Both the position numbers and the translations under genes were made by a program. Source: an uncultured Parachlamydiaceae bacterium (GTDB lineage Bacteria; Chlamydiota; Chlamydiia; Chlamydiales; Parachlamydiaceae). Taken from it: DNA of 26,578 nucleotides. The stretch is from positions 1 through 26,578 of the forward strand of contig CAVVXH010000009.1 of assembly GCA_963752155.1 (NCBI GenBank). Direction: 5' to 3'. This document shows, piece after piece, positions 18,444 to 26,578 of this stretch; position 1 is the first letter of the stretch, and each line of letters opens with the position of its first letter. Under the pieces are notes generated by a model. It searched no databases, had not been told where the DNA came from, and was given only the letters and a program-made list of their open reading frames with translations.

Positions 18444-19586
18444 ATGCGAAATATACGATCATTATCCACAGCGCTCTTGCTGTGTCTACTCCTGAGCGGG
18501 TGCAAATCACCGGAAACAATAACGAATAATCGAAAAGCCAGAGTCTTGCAAGTGCAGTCTCAGGACCTTTTTCCTACTTTAAGGTTTCCTGCAAGGTCTA
18601 GTCCTGGCAAAAGGGTCAATTTAGCCTTTCGGGTGAGTGGTCAGCTTATTGACTTAAAGGTAATCGTTGGACAAGAAGTTAAAAAGGATGAAGTGTTAGC
18701 TCGTGTTGATCCGCGCGATTTTGAGTTTCAAGTGAGAAACATAGAGGGTAGCTTGCTTCAAGTTGAGGCTGCGCTTAGGCTTGCAGAATCAGAATCTGTA
18801 AGATTTAGCAACCTCTTTGAAAGGGATCGTGGAGCTGTCAGCGAGATCCTCGTTAAACAGAAACAAGAATCCGTTAATAATCTCAAGGGACAACTTAAAT
18901 CGACCCAGGCAACGCTAGAAACTGCTAAGATGGCTTTGGCCGACACCACCTTAAAAGCCCCTTACAATGGAACTATCGTAGCGACTTTTGTAGACAATTT
19001 TGAACAAATTAGAGCTGGACAGTTTATTGTTCGTTTAGTCAGTACTGAAGAGGTTGAAGTATTAATTGATGTTCCCGATCGAATCATTTCTTCGATTAAA
19101 GATGCAAGAAATATCCATGTTCAGTTCGACGGTGTACCTGGAGTCCGTTTCCCTGCGACTATTGAAGAGATCGGAACCGAGGCTTCACAAACGACTAGAA
19201 CCTTTCCTGTGACCTTAATTGTTATCCCTCCGGAAGGGACATATTTATTTCCTGGAATGACCGGAACAGTTTTTTTGGAAAAATCAAGAACGCATGCAGA
19301 AGATGAGGAAACCTTTAGATTGCCCTTAAGTGCACTCATTAGCCAGGATGGGACAGCTTCGAATGTCTGGGTAGCAGATTCTGTCACTTGGAAAATATCT
19401 GCAAAGCCAGTGAAAATTGTTACTTTAGTTCAACAATATGCTGTCGTAACAGGACTCTCTGACGATGATTGGGTCGTTGTAAGTGGTGTCAATTTTTTGA
19501 CTGATAAACAGGTTATTTCCCCTCTTGCTGTACGCATCGATGATTCAGGTGAAATCTTTCAGCTTCCGGAGACGATGGATCGATGA
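18444..19586 (+). CDS. RND efflux periplasmic adaptor (membrane fusion protein)
   Basis: Lipobox LLLSGC, LAFRVSGQL, TTLKAPYNG, TRTFPV, LFPGMTG; ATG at 18444 preferred. Confidence 0.93.
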   Translation: MRNIRSLSTALLLCLLLSGCKSPETITNNRKARVLQVQSQDLFPTLRFPARSSPGKRVNLAFRVSGQLIDLKVIVGQEVKKDEVLARVDPRDFEFQVRNIEGSLLQVEAALRLAESESVRFSNLFERDRGAVSEILVKQKQESVNNLKGQLKSTQATLETAKMALADTTLKAPYNGTIVATFVDNFEQIRAGQFIVRLVSTEEVEVLIDVPDRIISSIKDARNIHVQFDGVPGVRFPATIEEIGTEASQTTRTFPVTLIVIPPEGTYLFPGMTGTVFLEKSRTHAEDEETFRLPLSALISQDGTASNVWVADSVTWKISAKPVKIVTLVQQYAVVTGLSDDDWVVVSGVNFLTDKQVISPLAVRIDDSGEIFQLPETMDR

Positions 19587-22500
19587 TAAAAAGCTTAGTC
19601 GAATATGGGATCCACAATAAATTTGTAACTTATTTCATTTGCTTTCTGATTTTTTGTGGGGGAATCGCTAGTTTTTTTGGATTGGGTCAGTTAGAGGATC
19701 CAACTTTTACCATTAAAACGGCGATGGTTGTGACCAAATATCCCGGAGCCAGTCCTGCAGAGGTTGATTCACTGATCACGGAAAATCTTGAAAGAGTTTT
19801 ACAGCGAATGATTCAGGTCAATCATCTTTACTCTATCTCAAGGGCAGGGGAGTCGCTAATTAGAGTCGACATTAAAGATTCATATACTTCTGATATGATT
19901 CCACAAATCTGGGATGAATTAAGAAAGAACATTGCCGATGCAGCTCCCTTATTACCTTCCGGAGTCCCACCTCCAATGGTTTTAGACGACTTTGGTTTTG
20001 TCTATGGTTTCCTTTTAGCGCTTACAGGCGACGGTTATAGCTATCGAGAGTTAGATGATTATGCAGATAGGGTCCGGAAAGAGTTATCCCTTGTAAAAGA
20101 TGTAGCCAGAATCGATTTGTGGGGAAGGCAAACAAAAGCTGTTTATATCGATGTGTCAAGCCAGCGCCTTGCTGGATTAAACATCTCTCCGGAAACGTTT
20201 TTGTCGACGTTACGACAGCATAATGAAGTTGTGGACGCCGGGGCCTTTGACAAAGGGGGCCAACGTTTGCGCTTTTCTTTATCCGGAGAATTTTTTAAGC
20301 CTGAAGACATCGGTGAATTATTGATCAAACCAAGTCCTGTAGATCTAATTAGCAACATATCCAGTGACACAAGCAACGCCTCTTTTGAGACGTTGTCGGC
20401 AGAAGCACAAAATGTGATTCGCTTCAAAAATCTAGGGACCATTCGACGTGGCTATGTTGAGCCCCCTCAAACCATCATGCGCCATAATGGCAAGCCGGCT
20501 ATCGGAATTGCTATTGCCGGGTCCGATCAGGCTAATATTGTCCATGTGGGAGATCGACTCACTAAAAAATTCGATGAACTTCTTGCTGGAATGCCCCTTG
20601 GCCTTGAATTGAGCAAAATTTCATGGCAGTCTGAAATCGTTAAAGAATCTGTGGATGGGTTTATTCTCAGTCTTATTGCTTCTGTTGCGATAGTCTTTGC
20701 TGTTTTGATTATTCCGATGGGACTGAGACTCGGTTTAATTATCGGCTTCGATCTCGTTTTGACGATATTGGCAACATTTATTTTTATGTATGTCACAAAC
20801 ACTCCCATGCAAAGAATGTCCTTAGGCGCGCTTGTCCTTGCCGCGGGAATGATGATCGATAATACCCTAGTGCTTGCCGACAGCTTATCTTCAAAGTTTC
20901 GCAATGAAAAAAATCGCATTCAAGCAGCAGTTGAGACAACTCAAGGGTTTGCATGGCCTCTTCTAGCTTCTACTTTGATTGCTATTCTTGCTTTTTTCCC
21001 TATTTTTATTGCTAGATCAGGAGCAGGGGAGTATTGCCGTACACTCTTTACCGTTATTACTGCCTCGCTACTTATCAGCTGGTTCATTGCCATGCTGATT
21101 ACCCCTGTGCAATGCCTCGATCTCCTTCCACACAATTCAGCTGTCACATCGGAGAATAAAGACTCTGAATTCCAATCTCCATTTTTTCAAAGATTTAGGA
21201 AGTTGCTAGGGACTCTTATTCACTTTCGATTTGCAACAGCACTCTTCTTAGTCGCTGCATTTGTTTTTTCAAGTTTTGCGTTTCAATACGTCCCAAGGTT
21301 GTTTTTTCCCGATTCGACGCGTCCTCAATTGATGGTAGATTTCTGGGGTCCGAATGGGATGTCCATACAACAAACTTCAGAAGAAATTGGAAAAGCCGAA
21401 TCTGCTTTTCTTAAGCTACCCGGAGTCGACAGCATCTCTACATTTGTTGGACAAGGACCTCCCCGTTTTTACCTCCCTGTTGATTCCGAGTTACCTTATC
21501 CTAATTATGGACAGATGATCATTAATTTTGATTCTTTTAGGACGATTGCCCCATTCATTGAAAAAGCACAACAGTGGATGGCTGAAAATCCGAATTCAGG
21601 CATGTTACGATTTCGAAAATATACTGTTGGACCTGGAAATGCTTGGAGATTTGATGCTAAATTACTAGCTCCTTATGGTGCTAATGATTCTGTTCAAAGA
21701 GAGGCTGCACACCATTTTTTAGAAATTGTTGCTAAATCTCCTTATGGGACAGATTGGCGACTTGATGAAATGAATCCCGCGCTTCAATGGAAGGTAGATT
21801 TTGATCAACAACGCGCACGTTGGGCAGGAATATCCAGAAGAGAGCTCTCAACATCTTTAAGGCGATCTTACGACGGTCTCGCCGTCGGTTTTTTTCGGGA
21901 AGGAACCGATTTTCTCCCGATAATTATTCGTCCTCCAGAATCCGAGCGAAATGATCTTTTGGCTTATTACAATACGTTGCCTGTAAAACCACCTCTGCAA
22001 ACTTATTCTATTCCCGCTTCACAAGTCATTTCAAGTGATTCCGCCGGTTGGGAATCGCCGCTTTTGATGCGTTGGGATGGCAAGCGTCAAATTGCCGTTC
22101 AAGGCATTCCCAAACCCGGTTATACGTATTCTCAGCTGAAAGATAGTGTAGAAAACGACATCAAAAATTTTTCGTTTCCGAAAGGTTCAGACATTTTTTG
22201 GGGAGGTGAACAAGAGAGCACACGAGTAGCGCAAGAATCTCTCATCCCTGGACTCATTCCATCCGCCATTTTAATTGTTCTGCTTCTTGTCTCGATTTTC
22301 AATGCCTATCGGCCAGTCCTTATTATTCTTTTAGCCCTTCCTTTTGCCTTCATTGGCATTTGCTTAGGTCTCCTCACTACTCAGATCCCTTTCGGTTTTA
22401 TGGCACTTTTGGGGGCCATGAGTTTGGCCGGCATGATGAATAAAAACATCGTGATTCTTTTAGATGCTGCAAGCGAAAATGTGAAAGCGGGGATGAATCA

Positions 22501-22732
22501 TTACAAAGCGATCAAAGAAGCTGCTATAACTCGTGTTAGACCGATCTTGCTTGGCGCTGCAACGACAGTTTTAGGAGTTGTGCCACTTTTGCCGGATGTC
22601 TTTTGGAAGGCTATGGCAGTGACCATTATGTCAGGTCTTGCAATTGGATCTCTCATCTCTATTTTCGCAGTACCTGTCATCTATTGCATCCTTTATAGAG
22701 CCTATCCTGATCATTCCGAGGAGAAAGCATGA
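19583..22732 (+). CDS. RND efflux permease (AcrB/AcrD/AcrF family)
   Basis: 1049 aa; YPGASPAEVD, GMMIDN, KNIVIL, RVRPIL; ATGA overlaps on both sides. Confidence 0.95.
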   Translation: MIKSLVEYGIHNKFVTYFICFLIFCGGIASFFGLGQLEDPTFTIKTAMVVTKYPGASPAEVDSLITENLERVLQRMIQVNHLYSISRAGESLIRVDIKDSYTSDMIPQIWDELRKNIADAAPLLPSGVPPPMVLDDFGFVYGFLLALTGDGYSYRELDDYADRVRKELSLVKDVARIDLWGRQTKAVYIDVSSQRLAGLNISPETFLSTLRQHNEVVDAGAFDKGGQRLRFSLSGEFFKPEDIGELLIKPSPVDLISNISSDTSNASFETLSAEAQNVIRFKNLGTIRRGYVEPPQTIMRHNGKPAIGIAIAGSDQANIVHVGDRLTKKFDELLAGMPLGLELSKISWQSEIVKESVDGFILSLIASVAIVFAVLIIPMGLRLGLIIGFDLVLTILATFIFMYVTNTPMQRMSLGALVLAAGMMIDNTLVLADSLSSKFRNEKNRIQAAVETTQGFAWPLLASTLIAILAFFPIFIARSGAGEYCRTLFTVITASLLISWFIAMLITPVQCLDLLPHNSAVTSENKDSEFQSPFFQRFRKLLGTLIHFRFATALFLVAAFVFSSFAFQYVPRLFFPDSTRPQLMVDFWGPNGMSIQQTSEEIGKAESAFLKLPGVDSISTFVGQGPPRFYLPVDSELPYPNYGQMIINFDSFRTIAPFIEKAQQWMAENPNSGMLRFRKYTVGPGNAWRFDAKLLAPYGANDSVQREAAHHFLEIVAKSPYGTDWRLDEMNPALQWKVDFDQQRARWAGISRRELSTSLRRSYDGLAVGFFREGTDFLPIIIRPPESERNDLLAYYNTLPVKPPLQTYSIPASQVISSDSAGWESPLLMRWDGKRQIAVQGIPKPGYTYSQLKDSVENDIKNFSFPKGSDIFWGGEQESTRVAQESLIPGLIPSAILIVLLLVSIFNAYRPVLIILLALPFAFIGICLGLLTTQIPFGFMALLGAMSLAGMMNKNIVILLDAASENVKAGMNHYKAIKEAAITRVRPILLGAATTVLGVVPLLPDVFWKAMAVTIMSGLAIGSLISIFAVPVIYCILYRAYPDHSEEKA

Positions 22733-24219
22733 ATAAGCGATCTCTGTTAATGAACCTCGGCCTTGTCTTAAGTATTACAGTTGGATGTATACGTGTTGGA
22801 CCACCGTACGTAGAGCCGACGGCTCAGGATTATGAGGAATGGACACAAAATGACAGTCCTCATATTTCCAATCGCGAAGATGATACAAATGATTGGAGTA
22901 CTGTTTTTGAGGATCCATGGTTAAAGCGGTTGATCGATGTTGCAATGGAACAAAATTATTCTCTCCAGGCAGCTTTGTGGCGCATTCAAGAGGCTAGGGC
23001 ATTGCTGCAAATTGCGACAGGAGAATTTTTTCCGCAAACTCAGCAAGCATCAGGATCATGGGACTCAGTACGTTTTAGTAAAAACGCTCCCAATGCTCGT
23101 TTTGCAGATAGGGTATTCCGGAATGCATTGCTTCGTTTTACAGTGGCTTGGGAACTTGATTTTTGGGGCAAGTATAGAAGTGGAATCGATTCAGCAGCCT
23201 ATATTTATCAAGCATCGGAAACAGATTATTTCGGTGTGCAGTTGATCCTTACAGCTGATATAGCAAAAGCATACATCAGTTTATGTACTTTCATCGATAC
23301 TAGCCGGGTAGTCAGAGAAAACATCAAATTGCAACGTCGAAGCATAGAAATCATAAATGTCCGTCTTGAAGCCGGTCTTGTGTCGGAGTTAGATCTTCAG
23401 CAGGCTCAAGTTCTTTTGAGCACAACAGAAGCACAATTGCCTATTGTAGAAAGAGAAATTGAGAATCAAAAATATGCTTTGGCAGTTCTTCTAGGTATTA
23501 CTCCAGATAAAATTTCTTGTTTTTTGGATGATGTAGATTTATCTATTCCTTTTATACCTTCGACTGCAGTGACCGGAGTCCCTGCAAGCCTCCTTTGCCG
23601 CCGGCCTGATCTCATCGCAGCAAGACAGCGCATTCTATCTCAAACTGCCATTGTAGGCATAGCAGAAACAAATTTGTTGCCTCAAATTTCTTTATTCGGA
23701 ACGATCGGTTTTGATGCAGGCTATGGGCATCATCTTTTTAACACGAATGCTAATAAGGGTTTTCTTTCTTCAGATAGCCTAACTTATATCTTTGGACCGC
23801 AATTCAACTGGCCATTATTTAATTATGGAAGGTTGGAAGGACGTGTGGACTTGGAATGGGCTCGGTTGCAAGAAATGATTCAAGGATATAGAAACTTGGT
23901 TCTAACTGCCTATCAAGAAGCAGAAGAGGCGATGAACGCTTTCGTCAAAGCTCATGAAGAACGGAAGTTTTTGAAGGTGAGTGTTAAGGCAGGTTTACGA
24001 GCTTATAAGCTGTCACAAGAACTCTATTTGGAAGGCCTTGTCGATTATGAAAGGGTCTTGGAGGCTCAACGGGCCCTGCTCGATGTGCAAGACCGTTATG
24101 TTATAAACAATGGAAATATAGCTCTTTTTTATGTTCAAATTTATCAAGCTTTAGGAGGCACGATTTTTTTGAATAATGATCAATTAACAAAAGATATTGC
24201 CGATGGTTGCTGCAAATAA
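22729..24219 (+). CDS. Outer-membrane efflux lipoprotein (OprM/NodT family)
   Basis: Lipobox ITVGC, VGPPY, WELDFWG, PASLLCRRPDL, YQALGG. Confidence 0.93.
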   Translation: MNKRSLLMNLGLVLSITVGCIRVGPPYVEPTAQDYEEWTQNDSPHISNREDDTNDWSTVFEDPWLKRLIDVAMEQNYSLQAALWRIQEARALLQIATGEFFPQTQQASGSWDSVRFSKNAPNARFADRVFRNALLRFTVAWELDFWGKYRSGIDSAAYIYQASETDYFGVQLILTADIAKAYISLCTFIDTSRVVRENIKLQRRSIEIINVRLEAGLVSELDLQQAQVLLSTTEAQLPIVEREIENQKYALAVLLGITPDKISCFLDDVDLSIPFIPSTAVTGVPASLLCRRPDLIAARQRILSQTAIVGIAETNLLPQISLFGTIGFDAGYGHHLFNTNANKGFLSSDSLTYIFGPQFNWPLFNYGRLEGRVDLEWARLQEMIQGYRNLVLTAYQEAEEAMNAFVKAHEERKFLKVSVKAGLRAYKLSQELYLEGLVDYERVLEAQRALLDVQDRYVINNGNIALFYVQIYQALGGTIFLNNDQLTKDIADGCCK

Positions 24220-24757
24220 AGAGATTAATATTTCTCTTAACGATATAAGACATCTTCTTTTGGAGCCAGATTGTGATCCATTTAAAGATAGAAATTTAAT
24301 GATTTCTGGCCTTGAATACGCCGTCAACCAATTAAGAACGAAGCCTTTACCTGAAGAGGTTCAATTAAATCTTATTCTTTCCAAAAGGAATCCGGATATT
24401 GATTTAGGCAATGTCAAAGAGTCTCTTCATCGTCATTGTATGAATATAGTAAGAGATAAAGAAGAAGAGTTAAGCTATTTAAGATGGCAAATTAAAAATA
24501 ATTTCAAACGTGCGTTATTGCCTTTATTGATTACGATCATTAGCGTAGGTATGGTTATGTATTATATGATGGATGAGCGATCCAAAATTATTCAGATCTT
24601 GTTGGTTCTTTTAAATAATTGTGTTATTATTATGGGATGGGTGTTGCTTTGGATTCCGGCAGAGATGTTTCTTTATGAAGCACCGCGAGTTAGAAAAGAG
24701 ATTGCTCTTTACAGGCTCCTTGCAGATGCTGAAATAGATATTTCATTTGTGAGTTGA
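24203..24757 (+). CDS. Hypothetical protein with two TM segments, coupled to the RND operon
   Basis: Overlaps the OMF 3' end; hydrophobic segments followed by GWVLLWIPAEMFLYE. Confidence 0.75.
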   Translation: MVAANKEINISLNDIRHLLLEPDCDPFKDRNLMISGLEYAVNQLRTKPLPEEVQLNLILSKRNPDIDLGNVKESLHRHCMNIVRDKEEELSYLRWQIKNNFKRALLPLLITIISVGMVMYYMMDERSKIIQILLVLLNNCVIIMGWVLLWIPAEMFLYEAPRVRKEIALYRLLADAEIDISFVS

Positions 24758-25015
24758 TAGCAAAATGTAAAATCTTCTAGTCATTTTTTTGTGTGTAATA
24801 TTTTTGTTTAGGATGAGTTAAAATATTTGGATATAGTCTTTTTAATAGACCTTGATCACACATAGGATTTATGTAGTGATTTCTGAGAGAATCTTCTTTT
24901 CTATTAAGTAATTGAGATATTTCTGATAGAGAGAGCGCTTGTATTTGACAAAGGTCGAGAATAAGCTGTCTTACCAATTCCTTAGAGCTTTTCTTTGATC
25001 CAGTAATCTTTTTTG

Positions 25016-25160
25016 GGCTATGTTCACCTGTACACGAGAAACTTTCGCTCAATTATTCCTCCTCTGTGTTCTCTGTGATCTCTGTGGTAAAAAAAAATCT
25101 ACCACAGAGATCACAGAGAACACAGAGGAGGAATAATTGAGCGAAGAAGTGAACAAGGCT
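25016..25160 (+). mobile_element. 145-bp palindromic MITE, copy 1
   Basis: Ends GGCTATGTTCAC...GTGAACAAGGCT; 8-bp TSD CTTTTTTG at 25008-25015 and 25161-25168; perfect 46-bp stem 25044-25089 / 25100-25145. Confidence 0.95.
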
Positions 25161-25188
25161 CTTTTTTGCTATTTTCTGTAATTGTGTG

Positions 25189-25343
25189 AAACGTTCGGAG
25201 CTTTCATCCAAATGTTCGGAGCTCAAATGTTCGGAGTTTTCACTCAAATGTTCGAAGTTCTCGCTCAAATGTTCGGAGCTCTCACTCAAATGTTCGAAGC
25301 TCTCACTCAAATGTTCGAAGTTCTCATTCAAATGTTCGGAGCT
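25189..25343 (-). repeat. 21-bp coding tandem repeat (about 8 units, EHLSE(N/S)(F/S))
   Basis: Core AAATGTTCG(G/A)AG at 25189 (variant), 25210, 25225, 25246, 25267, 25288, 25309, 25330; one unit shortened to 15 bp, frame preserved. Confidence 0.93.
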
Positions 25344-25356
25344 TTTTTCTAATGGG

Positions 25357-25923
25357 TCATTTAGGCCTCTTTAAATTAGAAATTTTATTTTTGATTGCCT
25401 CAAGAGCCTCGGGAAAAGTTTTCTTATAGTAGTCACCGCCGAAATGTCCTTGGTCTGTAGATTCATGGTAATCAGAATTAAGCTTATCGTGGACATAGCG
25501 TGCTTCAGAAATAGGAATCCATGGGTCATTAAGTCCTGCGAATTGTATAATCCATTGTTGGTTTTTCTTGATTGCATTCCAATCCCAAGGAGTATCAAAA
25601 TAACCACTTACTTTTTCATTTTCTATCCCTAAATCGGTATGGTAGGCTCCAACTATGACAGATCCTAAAATCCGATTTTCTTCTGCATATCTCATCGCAG
25701 CAATGGCTCCCGAGGAATGGCCTATGATAATGGTGTTTTCATCCGGCTTTAAAGTGTCTTTTAAAAATGGGATCCAATAAGATGCTCTTGCTAAGTCGGC
25801 ATCGGGAAATTGAGATGCATCAACATTAATTCCCAATTTTTCTAATTCTAACTTTAGATAGGGGAACCAATTGTCTGTTGGCTTTCCTCCGCCATTTCCA
25901 TGGATTAAAATCGCTCTGATCAT
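25357..25923 (-). CDS. RBBP9/YdeN family alpha/beta hydrolase
   Basis: LIHGNGG, nucleophile GHSSG, DPWIP, GHF; AGGAG RBS 6 nt upstream. Confidence 0.93.
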   Translation of the reverse strand: MIRAILIHGNGGGKPTDNWFPYLKLELEKLGINVDASQFPDADLARASYWIPFLKDTLKPDENTIIIGHSSGAIAAMRYAEENRILGSVIVGAYHTDLGIENEKVSGYFDTPWDWNAIKKNQQWIIQFAGLNDPWIPISEARYVHDKLNSDYHESTDQGHFGGDYYKKTFPEALEAIKNKISNLKRPK

Positions 25924-25937
25924 CGTTTACTCCTGTC

Positions 25938-26080
25938 AGCCTTGTTCACTTCTTCGCTCAGTTATTTCTCCTCTGTGTTCTCTGTGATCTCTGTGGTAGG
26001 TTTTTTTACCACAGAGATCACAGAGAACACAGAGGAGAAATAACTGAGCGAAAGTTTCTCGTGTACAGGTGAACATAGCC
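25938..26080 (-). mobile_element. 143-bp palindromic MITE, copy 2 (inverted relative to copy 1)
   Basis: Ends AGCCTTGTTCAC...GTGAACATAGCC; 8-bp TSD CTCCTGTC at 25930-25937 and 26081-26088; perfect 46-bp stem 25953-25998 / 26007-26052. Confidence 0.95.
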
Positions 26081-26093
26081 CTCCTGTCCATTT

Positions 26094-26122
26094 ACTGTAA
26101 GCAATTTTATTGCGGAAGTCAA
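26094..26122 (-). promoter_or_regulatory. Putative promoter of the hydrolase gene
   Basis: Minus strand TTGACT-N17-TACAGT just outside the MITE TSD. Confidence 0.55.
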
Positions 26123-26199
26123 CACTCTTCCAAGTTCTTGTTTTTGTGTTTTTATGATATCTTTTTGTTCAGGCAAGAGTCACAAAGCAGGTTTTAACA

Positions 26200-26578
26200 A
26201 TGTCTAGCATTATTTTTCTATTTGGACCTTCATGTAGTGGTAAGTCAACCTTAGGCAAAGTTCTTCAAATGAATTTTGGTGATAAGTGGACATATATCGA
26301 TCGAGATGATTTGATCGAACAAAATTTATGTACCGATTCAACAGCAGATAAAACTTTGGAAGAAAGGATTCAGTTAATTAAAAATAATATCATCGTAGAT
26401 GCTCAAATTCCTTGGAGGGAAAAGATGATGGGGGAATTTTATTTTATGATCCTTCCTCCTCTTGAAGTTTTATTAAAGCGTGATTCTGATAGAACGAATA
26501 AGCTCCAACGCTCTGAAAAACAAGCCTATTATGCTCGAGAATATGTTGTAAAGACACATAGAATCCTTAGTGAATGGG
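26200..26578 (+). CDS. P-loop kinase (AAA_33/CPT-like), 3' end runs off the window
   Basis: MSSIIFLFGPSCSGKSTLGK Walker A, YIDRDDL, LEVLLKRDSDR; open to the end of the window. Confidence 0.85.
   Translation, partial: MSSIIFLFGPSCSGKSTLGKVLQMNFGDKWTYIDRDDLIEQNLCTDSTADKTLEERIQLIKNNIIVDAQIPWREKMMGEFYFMILPPLEVLLKRDSDRTNKLQRSEKQAYYAREYVVKTHRILSEW

Larger units (their letters stand above)
24777..25370 (-). pseudogene. 5'-truncated, MITE-interrupted gene: heptad-repeat linker plus C-terminal winged-HTH (Fic-like C-terminal / AlbA_2-HATPase regulator tail)
   Basis: ORFs 25053-25331 and 24777-25052 share a frame; removing the 153-bp insertion gives QLQKIAKK|ITGSKK...LSLSEISQLLNRKEDSLRNHYINPMCDQGLLKRLYPNILTHPKQKY. 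Confidence 0.75.

Noticed and set aside
18402..24219. RND operon as a novel system
   Set aside because: Standard MFP-RND-OMF organisation; substrate cannot be inferred from sequence alone
25189..25343. CRISPR-like or iteron array
   Set aside because: 21-bp units without spacers; frame-preserving and explained as a coding repeat
634..25632. Remaining short antisense or alternate-frame ORFs in the track
   Set aside because: They overlap well-supported genes and show no recognisable motifs
25016..26080. Composite transposon carrying the hydrolase
   Set aside because: Each MITE has its own distinct TSD; the outer flanks (CTTTTTTG vs CTCCTGTC) do not match

Overview
AT-rich accessory chromosomal region, most likely from a host-associated or intracellular bacterium such as an environmental Chlamydiota member (inferred from a TLC/NTT nucleotide translocase; Holosporales, Rickettsiales or Dependentiae are not excluded). 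Recognisable genes: an M48/STE24-like protease, Ogt, YaiI/YqxD, a PLD-fold protein with two non-canonical HKD motifs, two GNATs, a Zn-alcohol dehydrogenase, an intact DinJ/RelB-YafQ toxin-antitoxin pair, an ABC-2 exporter operon, a LysR gene divergent from a frameshifted NTT gene, a complete RND efflux operon, an RBBP9/YdeN hydrolase and a partial P-loop kinase. There are also many decayed remnants: Panacea-like, XRE/HigA-like, DUF4160, class D beta-lactamase N-terminus and a wHTH C-terminus. The most striking layer is non-coding: four unrelated families of long palindromic DNA with no transposase in the window. (i) Two inverted copies of a ~144-bp MITE, each with its own 8-bp target duplication and a perfect 46-bp stem showing compensatory changes between copies. 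(ii) A 167-bp hairpin insertion that breaks the ABC ATPase. (iii) A 199-bp nested hairpin after the PLD gene. (iv) Two opposed arrays of a 9-bp CGATAA(A/G)AA repeat between convergent genes.
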